From: Amoebophrya sp. A120
Taxonomy: Eukaryota > Protista > Dinoflagellata
Direction: 5' to 3'
Assembly (NCBI GenBank): GCA_905178155.1
Contig: CAJINV010000009.1
Location: forward strand, 2,395,373 to 2,459,372
Length of the DNA stretch: 64,000 nt
The translations under genes and the position numbers were made by a program. Below the pieces are notes generated by a model, which saw nothing but the letters and a program-made list of their open reading frames with translations, was not told the origin of the DNA and made no database searches. Positions 9,884 to 22,900 of this stretch are shown in pieces (the first letter of the stretch is position 1; each line of letters opens with the position of its first letter).

Positions 9884-12800
9884 TCACTGCACCTTCCTGG
9901 CTTGCTTCAATCGTTCCTCGAGCAGCTCGTAGTCTCCTTCCAGGTCGGTAATGGTCTTGATATTAAACTGTTTCTGGATACCCAGCATGAGCTCCTTTTC
10001 TCTCCTGTCGACCATGTTCACGGCGATACCCTTCATGCCGAAGCGTCCCGTACGACCGGTTCGGTGCAGGTAAGTTTCCCCGTTGGCTTCTCTATCGCCA
10101 ATCCTGTTGATGTTCAGTGTTTTTCTGGCTTCTCGATACTTTCTTTCTTGCCTTGGTGGCGTCAGTCTCGTTGTTCTCTTTCCTTTGCTATGAAGTTGTA
10201 CCAACTACATATCAACCACCTTTCAACGAGCCCTTTCTTTTCGTATACTCATGTCATCATCATGCAAACAAAATGCTACACTTCATCCAAAAATTGTAAT
10301 ACCTTGATCCCGCAGTCCATATGGTCGGGATTTCGTAGTTCACCACGAGCGTCACCGCCGGCACGTCGATTCCGCGCGCGAGGACGTCGGTAGCCACTAG
10401 AACTTTGGTGATGCCTATCATTTGTAAAAACGTCCCCACACCAGAGTCAAGATGGGGATTCTGCAACACAAACCTTGAAGTTTTGGGAACCACGCATGAC
10501 AAGTTGCAGGCTGTAGTGTAGTACAGGTTAGCAAGGACAGTCGCATGACAAACCCATCTCCTCATCCTGTTTACAGCATTACAAGTGCCAAAACACGATT
10601 GGAAATGCCTCTCATGTAGGTGCGCATTACAAATTTTCCTGTCATTGCAAATCTGCATGACAACTCTGGGGTGGGGACGTTTTTGCTCAGGATAATGCCC
10701 CGCCGAAACTCGTCCATGACTTTGTCGCGGTGTGCGGGATCGATCTTTTCTGGCCCGGTCTGTATCAAATGTAAAAGTGTCTGGGTCTGGAAGGATACAA
10801 CTTGTGATGCTACTTTTGGAATCTACAGAAAAACTGTATTGCATGAACAGCAAAAGAGGTGTGATTTGTGCTACGCGGACAGGGCATTTCTCATGCTGTA
10901 TGAGCGTCAGAAAGCCCTCGCAAAATCTCTGATGCTATGGCATGCATCACAGACCTCATGGATCATGCAAAATCTGCATGACAAACTCCTGCATTCTTCC
11001 AGACCCAGACATTTTTGCAATCCATAGTCTGCTGCGTTCCGCAAATCAGCGACACGGCATACCCGTCCTTTCGCAATCGAACGGAAACTTCGAACCTGTT
11101 AGTAGGGACAATTGTGGGTAGTTTTGGTGCTTTATTATCCTCCCCCGATTTATTTGATCCCTGGTCTATCTTGGCATGTAGAAATTCTCTTCTGTGCGTG
11201 TGTACCTAGCAAGACCAGCACAAAGGAACAAATGGAAATCGAAATAGATGAATAATAATAAACAAAAGCATAAATCAAATATAAATAGATCGTTCTCAGT
11301 ACGCAGTTTTCCTGCTGTTCATGAAGATGATGGACTGCCCAACATTCAAGTGTGCGTATATTTCCTTCAGGGCCTGGTATTTCTCGTCGTTATTTGCACA
11401 CTGCTGGTAAAAGGAGAGAATGGTGTCAATCGCCAAGTCCTTGTTTTGCACCGTGATTTTTGCTGCGTTCGGGACGATGGCCTTCGCGAACTCTCGCACG
11501 TGATCCGGGTATCTGGTGGAGTTGTTTTCTTTTCCCATTGGAGAAGGCCGGCTTCAAAAACGCATTTTCGTGATCTACTTCGGCACGCTAGTAGATCTAG
11601 ACAATGAAACCAACACAAACAAAAATCTCAGGAGAAAACAAATTGAGTAAATACGTGGCGGAGAAGAATAAAACTTGGCAATCTGGTGAGAGCCACTTTC
11701 GGACGGACGCGACGTCGCGGCCCATTTGATTCTCTTGGTCCAACATGACGTCAGCTTCGTCAAGGATGAAAACCTTCACCCGGTCCACGTTCAATATGCG
11801 CTTCTTTGTCACGTCGTAGATCTGTAGTGAATTTTGTGTTTTCGCGAAGTAGCGACTTCTTGCTGACAAACTTGTTCATGCTCACGGGTTTGCCGGAGAA
11901 AAAATAAAAAATCACGTGGTACGACAGCTTTGCTCGGTGACATGTTTTCAACAAAAAATGCGCAACAACGCAAAAATGCGATCTGTACCCGTCCTGGTGT
12001 TCCGACTAGAATGTGTGCTTCGCATTTTCCCTTTTCGATTCTGTCTCCCTGAGGCAGCACCTTGAGGACCTTAATGCCCATGAATTTCCCGAGCTTCATG
12101 ACGACCTCCTCTGTCTGGTTCGCGAGTTCTCGTGTTGGTGCCATCACCATGGCCTGCGGATAGGTGAGCTTGGGATCTATGTTCGCAAGCATTCCCAGTG
12201 AGAAGGTTGCCGTCTTACCGCTTCCATTTGCAGCCTGCCCGATCATGTTCTTCGATTTTGGCGGGCAGATGAGTGGCAGTGCGGCGGCTTGGATCCGTGA
12301 AGGTCGAACGTAGTTCATGCCGTGGATGCCCTCCATTAATTCCCTAGAGTAGTAGAGTTGTCCAGAGTTGTTGAATTCTTTTCCTTTTTTTTCGGTAGCT
12401 TGCTGCGTAGCAGCACGGCGTGAGAGGTTGCACTACGAGGCCATGACGCTCGATCTGCGCAGTTTTCACGTAAGGAGAACCGCCAAAATATTTCATCTAA
12501 TGGAAAAAATGACAATAAGTGTGTCTTTTTACGATGAAGTAAGAAAGTACTTTGTGAGGTTTAGCGAGTCCCAGGATTCCGCAGCGAGCAAGGCCTCGCG
12601 ATAATCAGCGTCAGCCCATTCTACTTGCACTTCGGCAGCCTTTTCGGAGATCAGCCCGCCACGGATGATAGGCGGTCGACCGTCCTCGTCCAGTTGGACT
12701 GGCGGCGCTGGTGCTGGTACTCCGTTCCCGTTGGCTGCAGACGAGGAGGCGCCTTTCTGGCCCACCGGTATTACCTGCACCGGAGGTGCTGCAGCGGGTG

Positions 12801-13029
12801 CGGCTGCTGGTGCCACGGCGGGGGCGACGGCTCCCGGAATTGCTGGTGCCCCGGGCGGTCCGGCCATGACAAGTCCCTGCTGCTTCATCCACTCGGCCCA
12901 CTCCGCAGCGGTGTAGCTCTGACCCTCGGTGGCAGCGGCCGCGTTACCCGTGTTCATGGCGGCAAGCAGCAGGGAGGGATCCACATCCTCTTCCAGGCCC
13001 GGCGGCAAAGGCTGCTCGGCGTCGGTCAT
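9884..13029 (-). CDS. DBP5: DEAD-box RNA helicase DBP5/DDX19 family; exons 13029-12551, 12343-11989, 11821-11655, 11512-11303, 11095-11027, 10757-10695, 10410-10303, 10103-9884 (introner junctions ambiguous within the 5-bp TSD)
   Basis: Q motif PSRIQ, GSGKT, PTRELA, GTPGR, DEAD, SAT, ARGID, YLHRTGRTGRFG; 5 GT-AG introns plus 2 introners whose removal restores QQT|GPE and RRG|ITK. Confidence 0.9.
10416..10694. mobile_element. Introner, family B (TIR AAAAACGTCCCCAC)
   Basis: TAT...ATA, TSD atgcc/atgcc; interrupts DBP5. Confidence 0.9.
10763..11026. mobile_element. Introner, family A (TIR TGTCTGGGTCTGGAA)
   Basis: TAT...ATA, TSD gtctg/gtctg; interrupts DBP5. Confidence 0.9.
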
Positions 13030-14237
13030 GGTTTTCAATTATAATATCTTCCTCCACTAAATGACAAGCGCTGGCTGCTCACTAAAAAATTCTTCAAGTT
13101 CTTGTTTACGTGTCTGTGCTCTAATAAAGTGATTATGATAGAGCGTCAATGCTAGGTTACACAGTTGTCGCAAAGGAATGAAGTCGCAAAGCTGCGAATA
13201 ATTGAAGGCTGCGTGTAACCTTGAAGAAAGTCAACATCTAAGGCCCTAAAAACTTGCCTGTTTGGATTCCAATTTTGACGGTGTACTTACAACAAGAAGG
13301 GGGCATACAGTATAGAAAACTTGTCCTATGATCTTTCGTTAAGCATGCAGGTAGTCATGGATATTGATATGATCTTCGTCTTTCATCTCTTACTTAATTC
13401 AACAAAAAATGCGATCGCTTCCACTTTTCTCACCCAACTTTCTTCGACTTGGCTTTGTGCATTTTTGGATCATTTGCACGGCAACACAAATGAGATGACC
13501 GACGATCTTCGACGAAAATCAATATTAATATTTCGTAAAATTCTTCTAATCGAGTCGAATCTTCCATACGGATACACTATGACAGCGACTCAGATCGAGA
13601 CAACATTGAGATTGAGATCTCCATTTGGATGTGTACGACGCCAATTCTTTGAACTCGGTTTTGATCTTGATGCGCAACGAATGGGCCTCAGGACCAATTT
13701 GCATTTTATGATCTTCCATCAGAGTTATGTCGTTTCTGTCCCCACCCGCTTTTGCACATTATCCTTGCAGCAGCAGGAGCTGCGGTTTCTCTTAGGTATT
13801 ACTAGGAAACGCAAACACAAAGCCACGTATGCAAGAATCCGTGGCGCAAAGGCGTTCTGAAGGTAGTGAGCTCCCTACCTTGAGGAGCACAGACAAAGAA
13901 CGCAGTGCATCATGCGTTAATATATCCATCAACTCGCAGTTGCGTGAGTAGAGGTCTCGCCTACAAACACTTCGAGGTGTTCAGTCTTCTACAGGAGCCC
14001 ACTTAAGGTCCTATGGTGCTGACATCAGTGTAGAAAGAGGTCAGGTGATGTAACTCCAGCTGCTGCACAAAAGTACTACTATTCAACACTTTACACTTCC
14101 GCGATGCGCTTGATATGCTGTATCAATATTTTTGTGGTTCGTCGCTTTACTAGTCAGCAAGCGCTGGTAGAATTTAATTTTGGAGCGCCGAACAGCGTAT
14201 AAATCTTCGCAGCTTTCGAAAAAGCTGATCTGCATGA

Positions 14238-15452
14238 TCAATCGCCACGTTCCCTTGACCAAATGTCTTCACCTGTGGGAAATGTGCCTTGATCCAGCAC
14301 CTGCTGGATGGCTTCCATGTGGTCGGCTGCGAGGAAAATCTTCTTTCCCGTGTTGTCGCGCTGCTTGCCCCCACTTTGGATGATTTTGGTTTCATCGAGG
14401 TGTTTCGCGTCGCGCACACCGATGATAACCGCACCGCCAAACCCGTCGGTCTCCAGTTTTTGCAGAACCCACCACGTTGCGACAACGGCAATTTTCGTCT
14501 GGGTCGCGTTCGCGATCTTCTCCAGCGTGCGCAGCAACCGCTGGAACAGGTCCCAGTCCCCGCGGCACCACGACATCAGGCTGGAGTAGTACATTCGCAA
14601 GGAAACCGTGGAGGACTCCTGGAACTTTCGGGAACTACGCATCGGATCGGACTCCATGCCCAAAAACTTCTCGCTCAACCACCCCCCGGCCACCGAGCCA
14701 AAGCAAGTCAACTTGAACTGGTGCTTCTTCGCGAGCTGCAAGACCCCGTTCTCCGGACGCCGGTCCAGCAGGGAGAACTGCACCTGGTTCACCCGGACGG
14801 GGAACTGAGCCTTTTCGATCAGTTCCCTCAAGTGGACAGTGTCAAAATTTGTGACCGCCAAGTGCTCAATTTTCCCCTCGGCCTGCAGCGACATCAGGTC
14901 CCGCGCGCCCTGGATGTGCCCGCGGTCGGCGAAATTCCACCAGTGGAACTGCACGAGTTCCAGCGGGTAGTCATTGTCTTGCTCTTTCTTCCGAAAGTCC
15001 TCCTGGAAAAGCGCTTTGCGGGATAGCTGGTTGATCCGCAGGGCGGACTCCTGGGGCCCGGAGGGCACGTACTTCGTGAACACGTGGAAATCGAGATCAG
15101 TCTTGTTACCCGTGTTCTTTGCATTTTGCAGCAACTCCAGCCGGATTGCTTGCCGGGCGAACCCGAGGAGTGTCTCGCTGGGGCCGTAGATGTCGGCGGT
15201 GTCAAAGTGGTGAAAACCATTTCTGTAGTACTCCTGCAGAAGTTCCACCGCTTTCTCATTGTTCTTCAATCGCTCCGTCAACTGCCAGCACCCAATCACG
15301 ACCGTGGGAAAACTGTCGTAAAAAGTTTTCACCTTGGCTGCGTCAGCACTTTGTTCCGACATGCTATCGAGCGCGGAGTCGGCTGTCGCTGACAAGGTTC
15401 CCCGGGGTTCCGTTGCTACGGTCGTTTCTGCGGTCGCTTCTGCTTCAAGCTC
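14238..15452 (-). CDS. Aldo-keto reductase, 3' exon; 5' part lost at the gap
   Basis: IGCWQL, FDTADIYG (D,Y), FTKY (K), QFHWW (H), AVTNF, NQVQFSLLDR AKR motifs. Confidence 0.9.
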   Translation of the reverse strand, partial: ELEAEATAETTVATEPRGTLSATADSALDSMSEQSADAAKVKTFYDSFPTVVIGCWQLTERLKNNEKAVELLQEYYRNGFHHFDTADIYGPSETLLGFARQAIRLELLQNAKNTGNKTDLDFHVFTKYVPSGPQESALRINQLSRKALFQEDFRKKEQDNDYPLELVQFHWWNFADRGHIQGARDLMSLQAEGKIEHLAVTNFDTVHLRELIEKAQFPVRVNQVQFSLLDRRPENGVLQLAKKHQFKLTCFGSVAGGWLSEKFLGMESDPMRSSRKFQESSTVSLRMYYSSLMSWCRGDWDLFQRLLRTLEKIANATQTKIAVVATWWVLQKLETDGFGGAVIIGVRDAKHLDETKIIQSGGKQRDNTGKKIFLAADHMEAIQQVLDQGTFPTGEDIWSRERGD

Positions 15453-15594
15453 TATGAAAGTGTCAGAATCGAAATCGACAAAATCGAAAAATTTGTGATG
15501 CATAAAATCGATACCAGTTGGGCCCTCAGTTTCCGAGTGGCGCATGACAAATTTCGGGAGCACCCAAATCCAGTCTGTCATGCTGTTTGGGCAA
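15453..15594. mobile_element. Introner family D, truncated by the assembly gap
   Basis: Starts TATGAAAGTGTCAGAATCGAAATC, closely similar to 23025-23160; N at 15595. Confidence 0.8.
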
Positions 15595-15595
15595 N

Positions 15596-16761
15596 ACAAG
15601 GGATGGGGCACACGCACCGCGCGCGCGAAAAAAATTTTTGTCGGGCCCCCGTGCAAGAAACTGCAGGGGTGAAGGTGTGGCGCGCACGCAAAAAAATTTT
15701 GTGTGGCACCCACGCAGGAAACAAACTGCAAGGCCGCTGACGCGAAGCAGAGAAGGGTGCGGCGTGTGTGCGAAAGATTTCTGTCGGGTACCCGTTCAGG
15801 CAACTGCAAGGGCGCTGGCGCGAAGCAGCGAAGGGTGGAGCGCGCGCCGCGCGCGCGAAAGAAATTTTTATTTGTCGGCCGGCCGCCCATGCAAGAATGA
15901 AAGCGCAAGGGCCTCGGCGCGGCGCAACGCAGTGTGGAACGCGCGCGGCACGCGCGCGACTAAAATTTTTGCCGTGCGCACGTGAAAAAAAGCGCAAAGC
16001 CGTCGGCGCGAAACAACGACGAGGAACGGAGCACGTGCTGCGCGCGGGCGGAGGCAATTTTGAAGGTCCGCGAACGAAGGCGCAGGGCCGTCGGTGCGAA
16101 ACAACGACGGGCAGAGCGTGAGCGGGTGCGGCGCGCGCGCGAAATAAAAAAAGCCGTTGCGACCGCGACGGTGCAGGAATTTGAAGCGCAGCGCCGTCGG
16201 CGCAAAGAAAGAGGGGACGCAGCGCGCGCTGCTCGTGTGCGGAGCAAGGTCTTTGCTCTGCAAGGCCCGGGACTACATGCGAGTAGAAAAAGCCGGCTCT
16301 TGCTGTCGGCCATGCAAACCGCACAGCCGAACCGGCTACAAAGGGACCCACAGGCAGGGGCACGCGCGCAACGCGAAAAGTTCTTTGCTTTTTTGCTAAC
16401 CATTGGCGACTGGGTCGCGCGCAAAAGTAGAAGCTGTCGTGTTCTGTTCAGTTTCAAAGACGCAAACACCGAACAAAAGAAATGCCGCCAGCACCGCGCC
16501 GCCGGGAGCCAATCAAGAGGAGAGCTGCTGCGCGCCTGCGCGCGTTTTGTATGTAAGGACGGAGCGAAGCCTGGGCTGATGCTGCAGCAAGGCTGGCGCC
16601 ACACGGGCGGGGCAGGCGGGCGAAGGGCAGGACCAAAAAGTCTTCCGCCCCCGGTGCGCAGGCGGGCCGGGGGCTCTTGGTGGCAACGGTCAGCGCGCAC
16701 GTAGTTTGGCCCACGCTCATCCCTTCATCTTGCACGGGCGCCAGCGCTCGTCTTGGTCTAC
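15596..16761 (+). mobile_element. GC-rich repetitive element, possibly Helitron-like, 5' end in the gap
   Basis: Degenerate subrepeats (gcgcgcgaaaaaaatttt, gggccgtcggcgcgaaacaacgacg); terminal hairpin acgggcg-ccag-cgctcgt followed by cttggtctac. Confidence 0.4.
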
Positions 16762-16899
16762 TATTTCTTTCTATGCTAATATGAGCATGAAGCTCGACGC
16801 CAGTTCATAATCTAACTTTTATGGGGGGGAATCTCCTTGAGGGAGAATCTCCTTAGGCCGTCGGTAGAATTTCCTTGAGATTTTTTTTTTTCCAACATA

Positions 16900-16980
16900 A
16901 AGTCTCTGTCATGCAAAAAAAATCTATGATGCTGTTCCTGCAAAAAAGTTACACTTACACAGTTTTTTTCTTCTTGGATA
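16900..16980. mobile_element. Right end of a family G introner (left end not found)
   Basis: ...aaagttacacttacacagttttttt...cttggATA matches the right ends of 26090-26298 and 30887-31105. Confidence 0.65.
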
Positions 16981-19900
16981 GCCCCGACCACGGCCGACGC
17001 CACTGCGTTCTGCTTCTGCCCGCCTTCCGGCCGCTTGAAATATAAAAGCTGCAACGCTTATGAATTGCAAAAGTATCGCACTCGTAAAAAAGCATGACAA
17101 ATTATTCCCTCAGCATGAGAAGTAAAGTTTGTAATGCGGATTTACCTTGAGAAAAATGCATGATTGCAATTACTACGACTACGATACTTTTGCACAGGAT
17201 AACGCTAGCTGGTGCACCAAAAGCCGGACGATGAACTCGACGGGGCCCAAAATCGGACTATGGGTTGCAGAAGTGTCTGGGTCTGCAAGATTGCGGCCAG
17301 GCTACTTGTCAAGAATATTTTGAATGACCCATGATCTCTGTGATGCATGCCCTAGCATCACAGATTTTTAGAGGCCATTGCGATGCCTCTACAGCCTGAG
17401 AAATGCCCTCTCCGCGTAGCACGAACTGGGGTCCTCTTGCTGCTGGTCATGCATTGCAAATTTTTTTAGCATCCAGAGGCAGCATCACAAGTTTAGAATC
17501 TTCCAGACCCAGACTTTTTTGCATTTGATACGGACAGATCTTCGTCAACACAAAGAAAACGTAAGGAAACACATAATCCACCACGGTGCCATATGGCGCT
17601 CTCAAGCGTCACATTCGCAACTGTTACATGGATTTGTAATGCAAGAACAACAACAGTGAGAGTGGCAACAGTGATTGCAGCTTTCGCATCACAGCTTTTC
17701 CACAGATCATCATGCTGTTTTGCCATGCTAAGCACCTTGATCAAGTGGAGGCTAATGGCAATTTTGCATCACGAATTCATGTAACGTTTGAGAATGTAAC
17801 ATCAGTTGAGAACGCCATATGCCAAGCACCACCTCCGCGACTGTACGAACGGAGGCGAACAGGCTCCGGGCCCCGACGGTTTTCACGTAGTCCATGAAGC
17901 CCTTTGTCTTTCGGGAGATAAAGTCGGTGACGCGGCTTATGCTGTGCAAAAGCATCGTACTAGTACTAGACCATTACGCCGGCGTCCAGGACGCCGGCGA
18001 TAGGTGGCCTAGTAAATCTAAACGCAACTACCAAGCAAACTAACAACAAAGAGGAAAAAACTTGGAGAGCGTTGGGCTGAAGACTCGTCGAAAGAGTCCC
18101 GCTCTTGGGAATCTGCTAGCGGAAACGCGGCCACTATTCGAAGCCCTTCGGGCCGCGGTCTTAGCATGACAAAACGGGCTCCGCTTGCTACTGAAGCCCT
18201 TCACTAGTAGCGGCCCACATTAGTGGGCGCGCGCGCCTTCGCTTCCGGGGCTTCTTCCTAACTAGCTCGCCCCCGCCCGGCCCGGCCGTCGGCCCTGGCC
18301 CGATCCCCCGCTTTTGGGCTTCCTACCCTGATGTCTAGAGAAGGCCTCTCCCCCAGATAAGTAGGTCCCCGGACCCAGATGTCTCCCCGGATATCTCCCC
18401 AGATATTTCCCGCATCCCCAGATATCTCCCCAGATATGTCCCCAGATACCTCCCCAGATATCTCCCCAGATAGATCCCCAGATAGATCCCCAGATATATC
18501 CCCAGATATATCCCCAGATATATCCCCAGATATATCCCCAGATATATCCCCAGATATGCCCCCAGATATATCCCCAGATATCTCCCCAGATATATCCCCA
18601 GATACGGGAAGGGCCGCCCTCTTCATTTTGCATGCCGAGCTTCATCGCCCCCCCTACCCCCCCAAACGGGGCCGGTCTTTGGGGGTAGCCAGAATAGACC
18701 TGCTAAAAACCGGCCGGACCGCCCGCGGGCGTGGAGGACACACCGGCAGGATGTTTGTTCCCCGCGATGCCTTTTTTTTTCTTACGCGCGCTCCCTTAGA
18801 AGCTTCCTTTAAGGGCTCCCTTAAGGGAAGTTTCTAAATTCCCTTTTTTCTAGAATTCATTTTCTAAGGGCGCCCCTATAATCTATAAGGGCGAAAAATC
18901 CGAGTAAAAATTCTATAGTGTTATTTTATAAATCGCATGACAAATTGCCTCAGCATGAGAACCAAAATTTGTATATGCAGATTTAACTTCAGAAAGAAAT
19001 TTGTAACGCATGAATGCGATTAGTACAACGAGTACGATATTACTTTTGCACAGGATACGGCTTGTGGCGACACGAAACTTTTCGAGCGCGTCGTTGAAGT
19101 TTCGCTGCATGTGGCCAATGGGATTGCGAAACCATGAGAATGGGCCGCGGCTCTTGACGACAATTTCTCCACTTCCAGTAGTCCGCGATATCCTGTGTAA
19201 AAACGTCCCCACACCAGAGTCAAGATGGGGAATCTGCTAGACAAATCAGCCAGCTTTGCCTTTGCTTGTTTGGCATGACAAGTTTGTCCGCGTAGTGTGA
19301 TCCTGTTTAGCTAGTTAAGAAGCATCACAGATCTAGCATAGAATGCTGATTCTAGCATCACAAGTTCCAAAACACGAACAGAAAACGCTCTGCATAGGGC
19401 TCCGCATGAGAAACTTTTTTGGCATGCGGAATTGCATGACAACTATGGCGTGGGGACGTTTTTACTCAGAATACACGACGACCCATCTTCATCGTCTCCG
19501 GCCCGGTGCTTCAACAGTATGGAAGCGCCAGGTTATTTGAAATCGACAGAGTTGAAATAAGTAATTTGTCATGCATAAAATGGATACCAGTTGGAAGACC
19601 AAGCTCCAAGCGGAGCATGACAAATTTTCGGAGCACCGAAATCCAATTTGTCATGCTGTTTGGGCACAGATGAAGAGTGCTTTTGTCATGCTCCTTTAGC
19701 AGCTCGATCCCAAAGCCTAAATAGGCTCACAATCTGCCTCACTTGCCATCCCGGCAAGACAGGCACTTCATGCCTTGCATTTTATGCATGACAAACCATT
19801 TCAACTTTGACGATTTCAATCCTGTTCCTGACACTTCCATAAACAGTTCGGCCTCCGTACTCGCGATGACGCCGTGTTCGGTCCCGTGCCCCTCTTCCCG

Positions 19901-22900
19901 AGCGGCTTTTATTGCGAGGAAAAATCCCCCCTCCCCATATTGAAAAGGTATGTTTCCGAAAATTTGCGCTGCTGATTTGTGGCCACAGATCAGGTTTGTC
20001 TTGCAAGAAGACAAGTGCAGAGGCATCCGCCCAATTGTGGAAGCGATTTGGCATGCTGTTGGTCCTAGAGGGTAGCCGTTTGCATCAATGCTGAGCAACT
20101 AGACCTGCGCGCTCCCACCTAGGCTGCCAGACATCTGGCCGCAGTGCCTTACTGCAAGACAGGTCGGATTTGTGTACGCAAATCAGCATCAGAAATTTCC
20201 ATTTTGATATGGGGAGGGGGGATTTTGATTTTTCATTTTGATAGCTTTGCTTGCAGCTCCTGCGATCGTCTCTGCGATCGCACTAGCATAACGGCGCGGC
20301 GTGGACTTGGACGTGGTCCCTTCAGCGGCATCGGATGTTCTATGCATTGCAAAAGTATCGTACTCGTATAAATGCATTACAAATTCCCTCAGCATGAGAA
20401 ATGAAATTTGTCATGCGGATTTACCTTAGGAAAAAAATTTGTATTGCATGACTGCAATTACTACGAGTACGACACTTTTGCACAGGATATGTTCCCCTTC
20501 CGAACAACGCACTGATCCTGCCCCAAGCACTTGTCCAGGTCTTCACTATCCTCGATATGCAATACAAATTTCCTGTACATGTACAAAATGCATCACAAAT
20601 GTCACCAACAACTTGGAGCATGCCACTTGCCATGCTGAATAGAATTTGAGGAAAGTTTTGTCATGCAGAAATCGCATTTGTACATGTACAGGAAATTTAC
20701 TGTGGATACTCGACTTGAGCCATGCGAGTGTCTGATGAGGCAGAGTCATCAATACGCTGCCGAGCAACCTCCGGAGCTTTTCTGCTCCAGACTTCATGAA
20801 CAATTTAAATTTCTGAGCCACAGTGGGCAAGTGGTCATAGAGTACGCGTTGTATGGATGTGTCAGAGTTGAAATCGACAAAGTTGAAATAATTTGTCATG
20901 CATAAAATGGATGCCAGTTGGAACCCAGTTTCCAAGTGGCGCATGACAAATTTGGGTAGAGCCGAAATCCAGTTTGTCATGCTGTTTAGGCAAAGAAGAG
21001 CGATTTTCTCATGCTACTTCAGCAGCTCGAGCTGTAACCGCAAACAGGCTTACAATCGGCCTCACTGGCCTGCTCTGCAACACACGTGCCTCGGGTCATG
21101 CATTTTATGCATTACAGATTACCAGCCATGCTCCGGCTAACGCCGGAGCGCAAGGCTGTTGTGCTGGGGTTTGACTATTTGCGGATCGGGCCGCGACACA
21201 AAAGCTTTCTTTGGGCACAGCGTGAAGGACCGAGGAAACTTTGAGCGCCATTTTGCGCGAGGTCAACTCGCAGGGCCTCCTGCGCGCTTCCCGCGCCTTT
21301 AGGCGCTATGCGCAGGGGGCAGCTGCAGTAAACCTTGCGGGCGAAGAGAAAGAGATGCCGCCCCGGCGTAGGTGCGTGCCGAAAGAATCAGACAGAGGCC
21401 GGCGCTGCTCTTTGTTTATCACCACCCCGCACCCGCCCACCTGATTCCCCGGGGAAATAAAACTGTCGGCGCGAGAGGGTGGCGCAAGACGGTGGCGCGA
21501 GAGGGTGGCGCGAGAGGGTTCGGGCTTTTGCATGAAAGGGCCGCAAAAAAATAAGCCCTGTGCCGGGCGGATTCGGGTTTTTCTACCCCTCTCGCAGACC
21601 CTCTTTTTCACCTCTTCCGAGAGGTGTTGCTAATAATCCGGCTATACTCGCCGGTGGAGGTCTACAAAGGTGGCCGAGAGGTGGCCCAGAGGGTGCGCGA
21701 GAGGTCTCCCCTTATTCGCGCAACCTCTCGGCACCTCTGCCCACCTCTCGCTTGCCCTCTTTTTTACCTCTCGGCCACCTCCGTGCCGCTTAGCGGCCCT
21801 AAAGGGTGACCGGTTCGGCGGGCTATACTCGCGCCCCCTCTCGGCCACCCTCTCGAATTACCTCCCGCGCCACCTCTCCACCTCTGTCGACCTCTTTTTT
21901 ACCTCTTTTGACCTCTTTTTGACCTCCCTGCCACCTCTCGTTTACCCTCTCTAGACCAATATTTTCGCATGAATATAATAGATAGTAATTTCAACTTTGA
22001 CGATTTCAAACCTGACGCTTCCATACGTTGCAGCAGTTCGGTAATCTTGTCTTGGAATTGGACACCGAGGACCACCACCACGGTTTCCACCAAATCGTTG
22101 GTCACCCGTCCAGTTAGCCAAGGGGGCAGGTGAAAGAGATGCAACACGTTGAGCAAGAGGTCGGAAATATCAAATGTAAAAATGTCTGGGTCTGGAAGAA
22201 TACGCAACTTGTAATGCAGCTTTTCCATGAAGACCCATGAGATCTGGAATGCAGGACCTAGCATGACAGATTCTGTGAGATCTATGTATATCATGTTGCT
22301 TATTCTGCATGAGAAATTCCCTCTCACCCGGGTCAAAAATGGACGGCTTTTGGTACTCTTGCAACAGAGATTCCTGTATGATTCAGATGTAGCATGACAA
22401 GTTGCTATGTTCCAGACCCAGACATTTTTGCAATTCATAGGAAACGATCCCCGCCAATTTGAACAGCATGGCATAGAACACCGCGCTGGAAAGTATGGAA
22501 GCGTCAGGTCTAAAATCGTCAAAGTTGAAATAATTTGTAATGCATAAAATGCGATACAAAAAGTGACTCTATTGCAGAGGACCCACGGGAGGCAGATTAT
22601 AGTCCTGGCAAGGGTCAAAAGTTGGACTGCTAAGTAGCATGACAGAAGGCAGCTCTTTTGCCCTAAACCGCATGACAGACTCTTTTCCAGGACCGGGAAA
22701 ATTTGTCATGCACCGACTACAAACTGTAGGTCTAACTGCCATCCGTTTTATGCATGACAAACTACTTCAACTTTGACGATTTCAAACCTGACACATCCAT
22801 AGAAAACAGGCGGGCCATATGCGTAGACAGCCACCCGAGCACATCCAAACCCGTTTCCCACGTCTTGTCAATCGCTTTCCTCAACGTGGATTCCTCCCCG

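Larger units (their letters stand above)
17938..19057. mobile_element. Introner family C carrying a nested Helitron-like insertion
   Basis: TAT...ATA, TSD cggct; family C sequence resumes at 18929. Confidence 0.85.

Noticed and set aside
15578-16735. Long Arg/Ala-rich ORFs on both strands
   Set aside because: These are stop-poor GC-rich repeat DNA with no recognisable domain.
18258-18837. GDIS/WGYI/PDIS repeat proteins
   Set aside because: They are translations of the 12-bp minisatellite inside a Helitron-like insertion.
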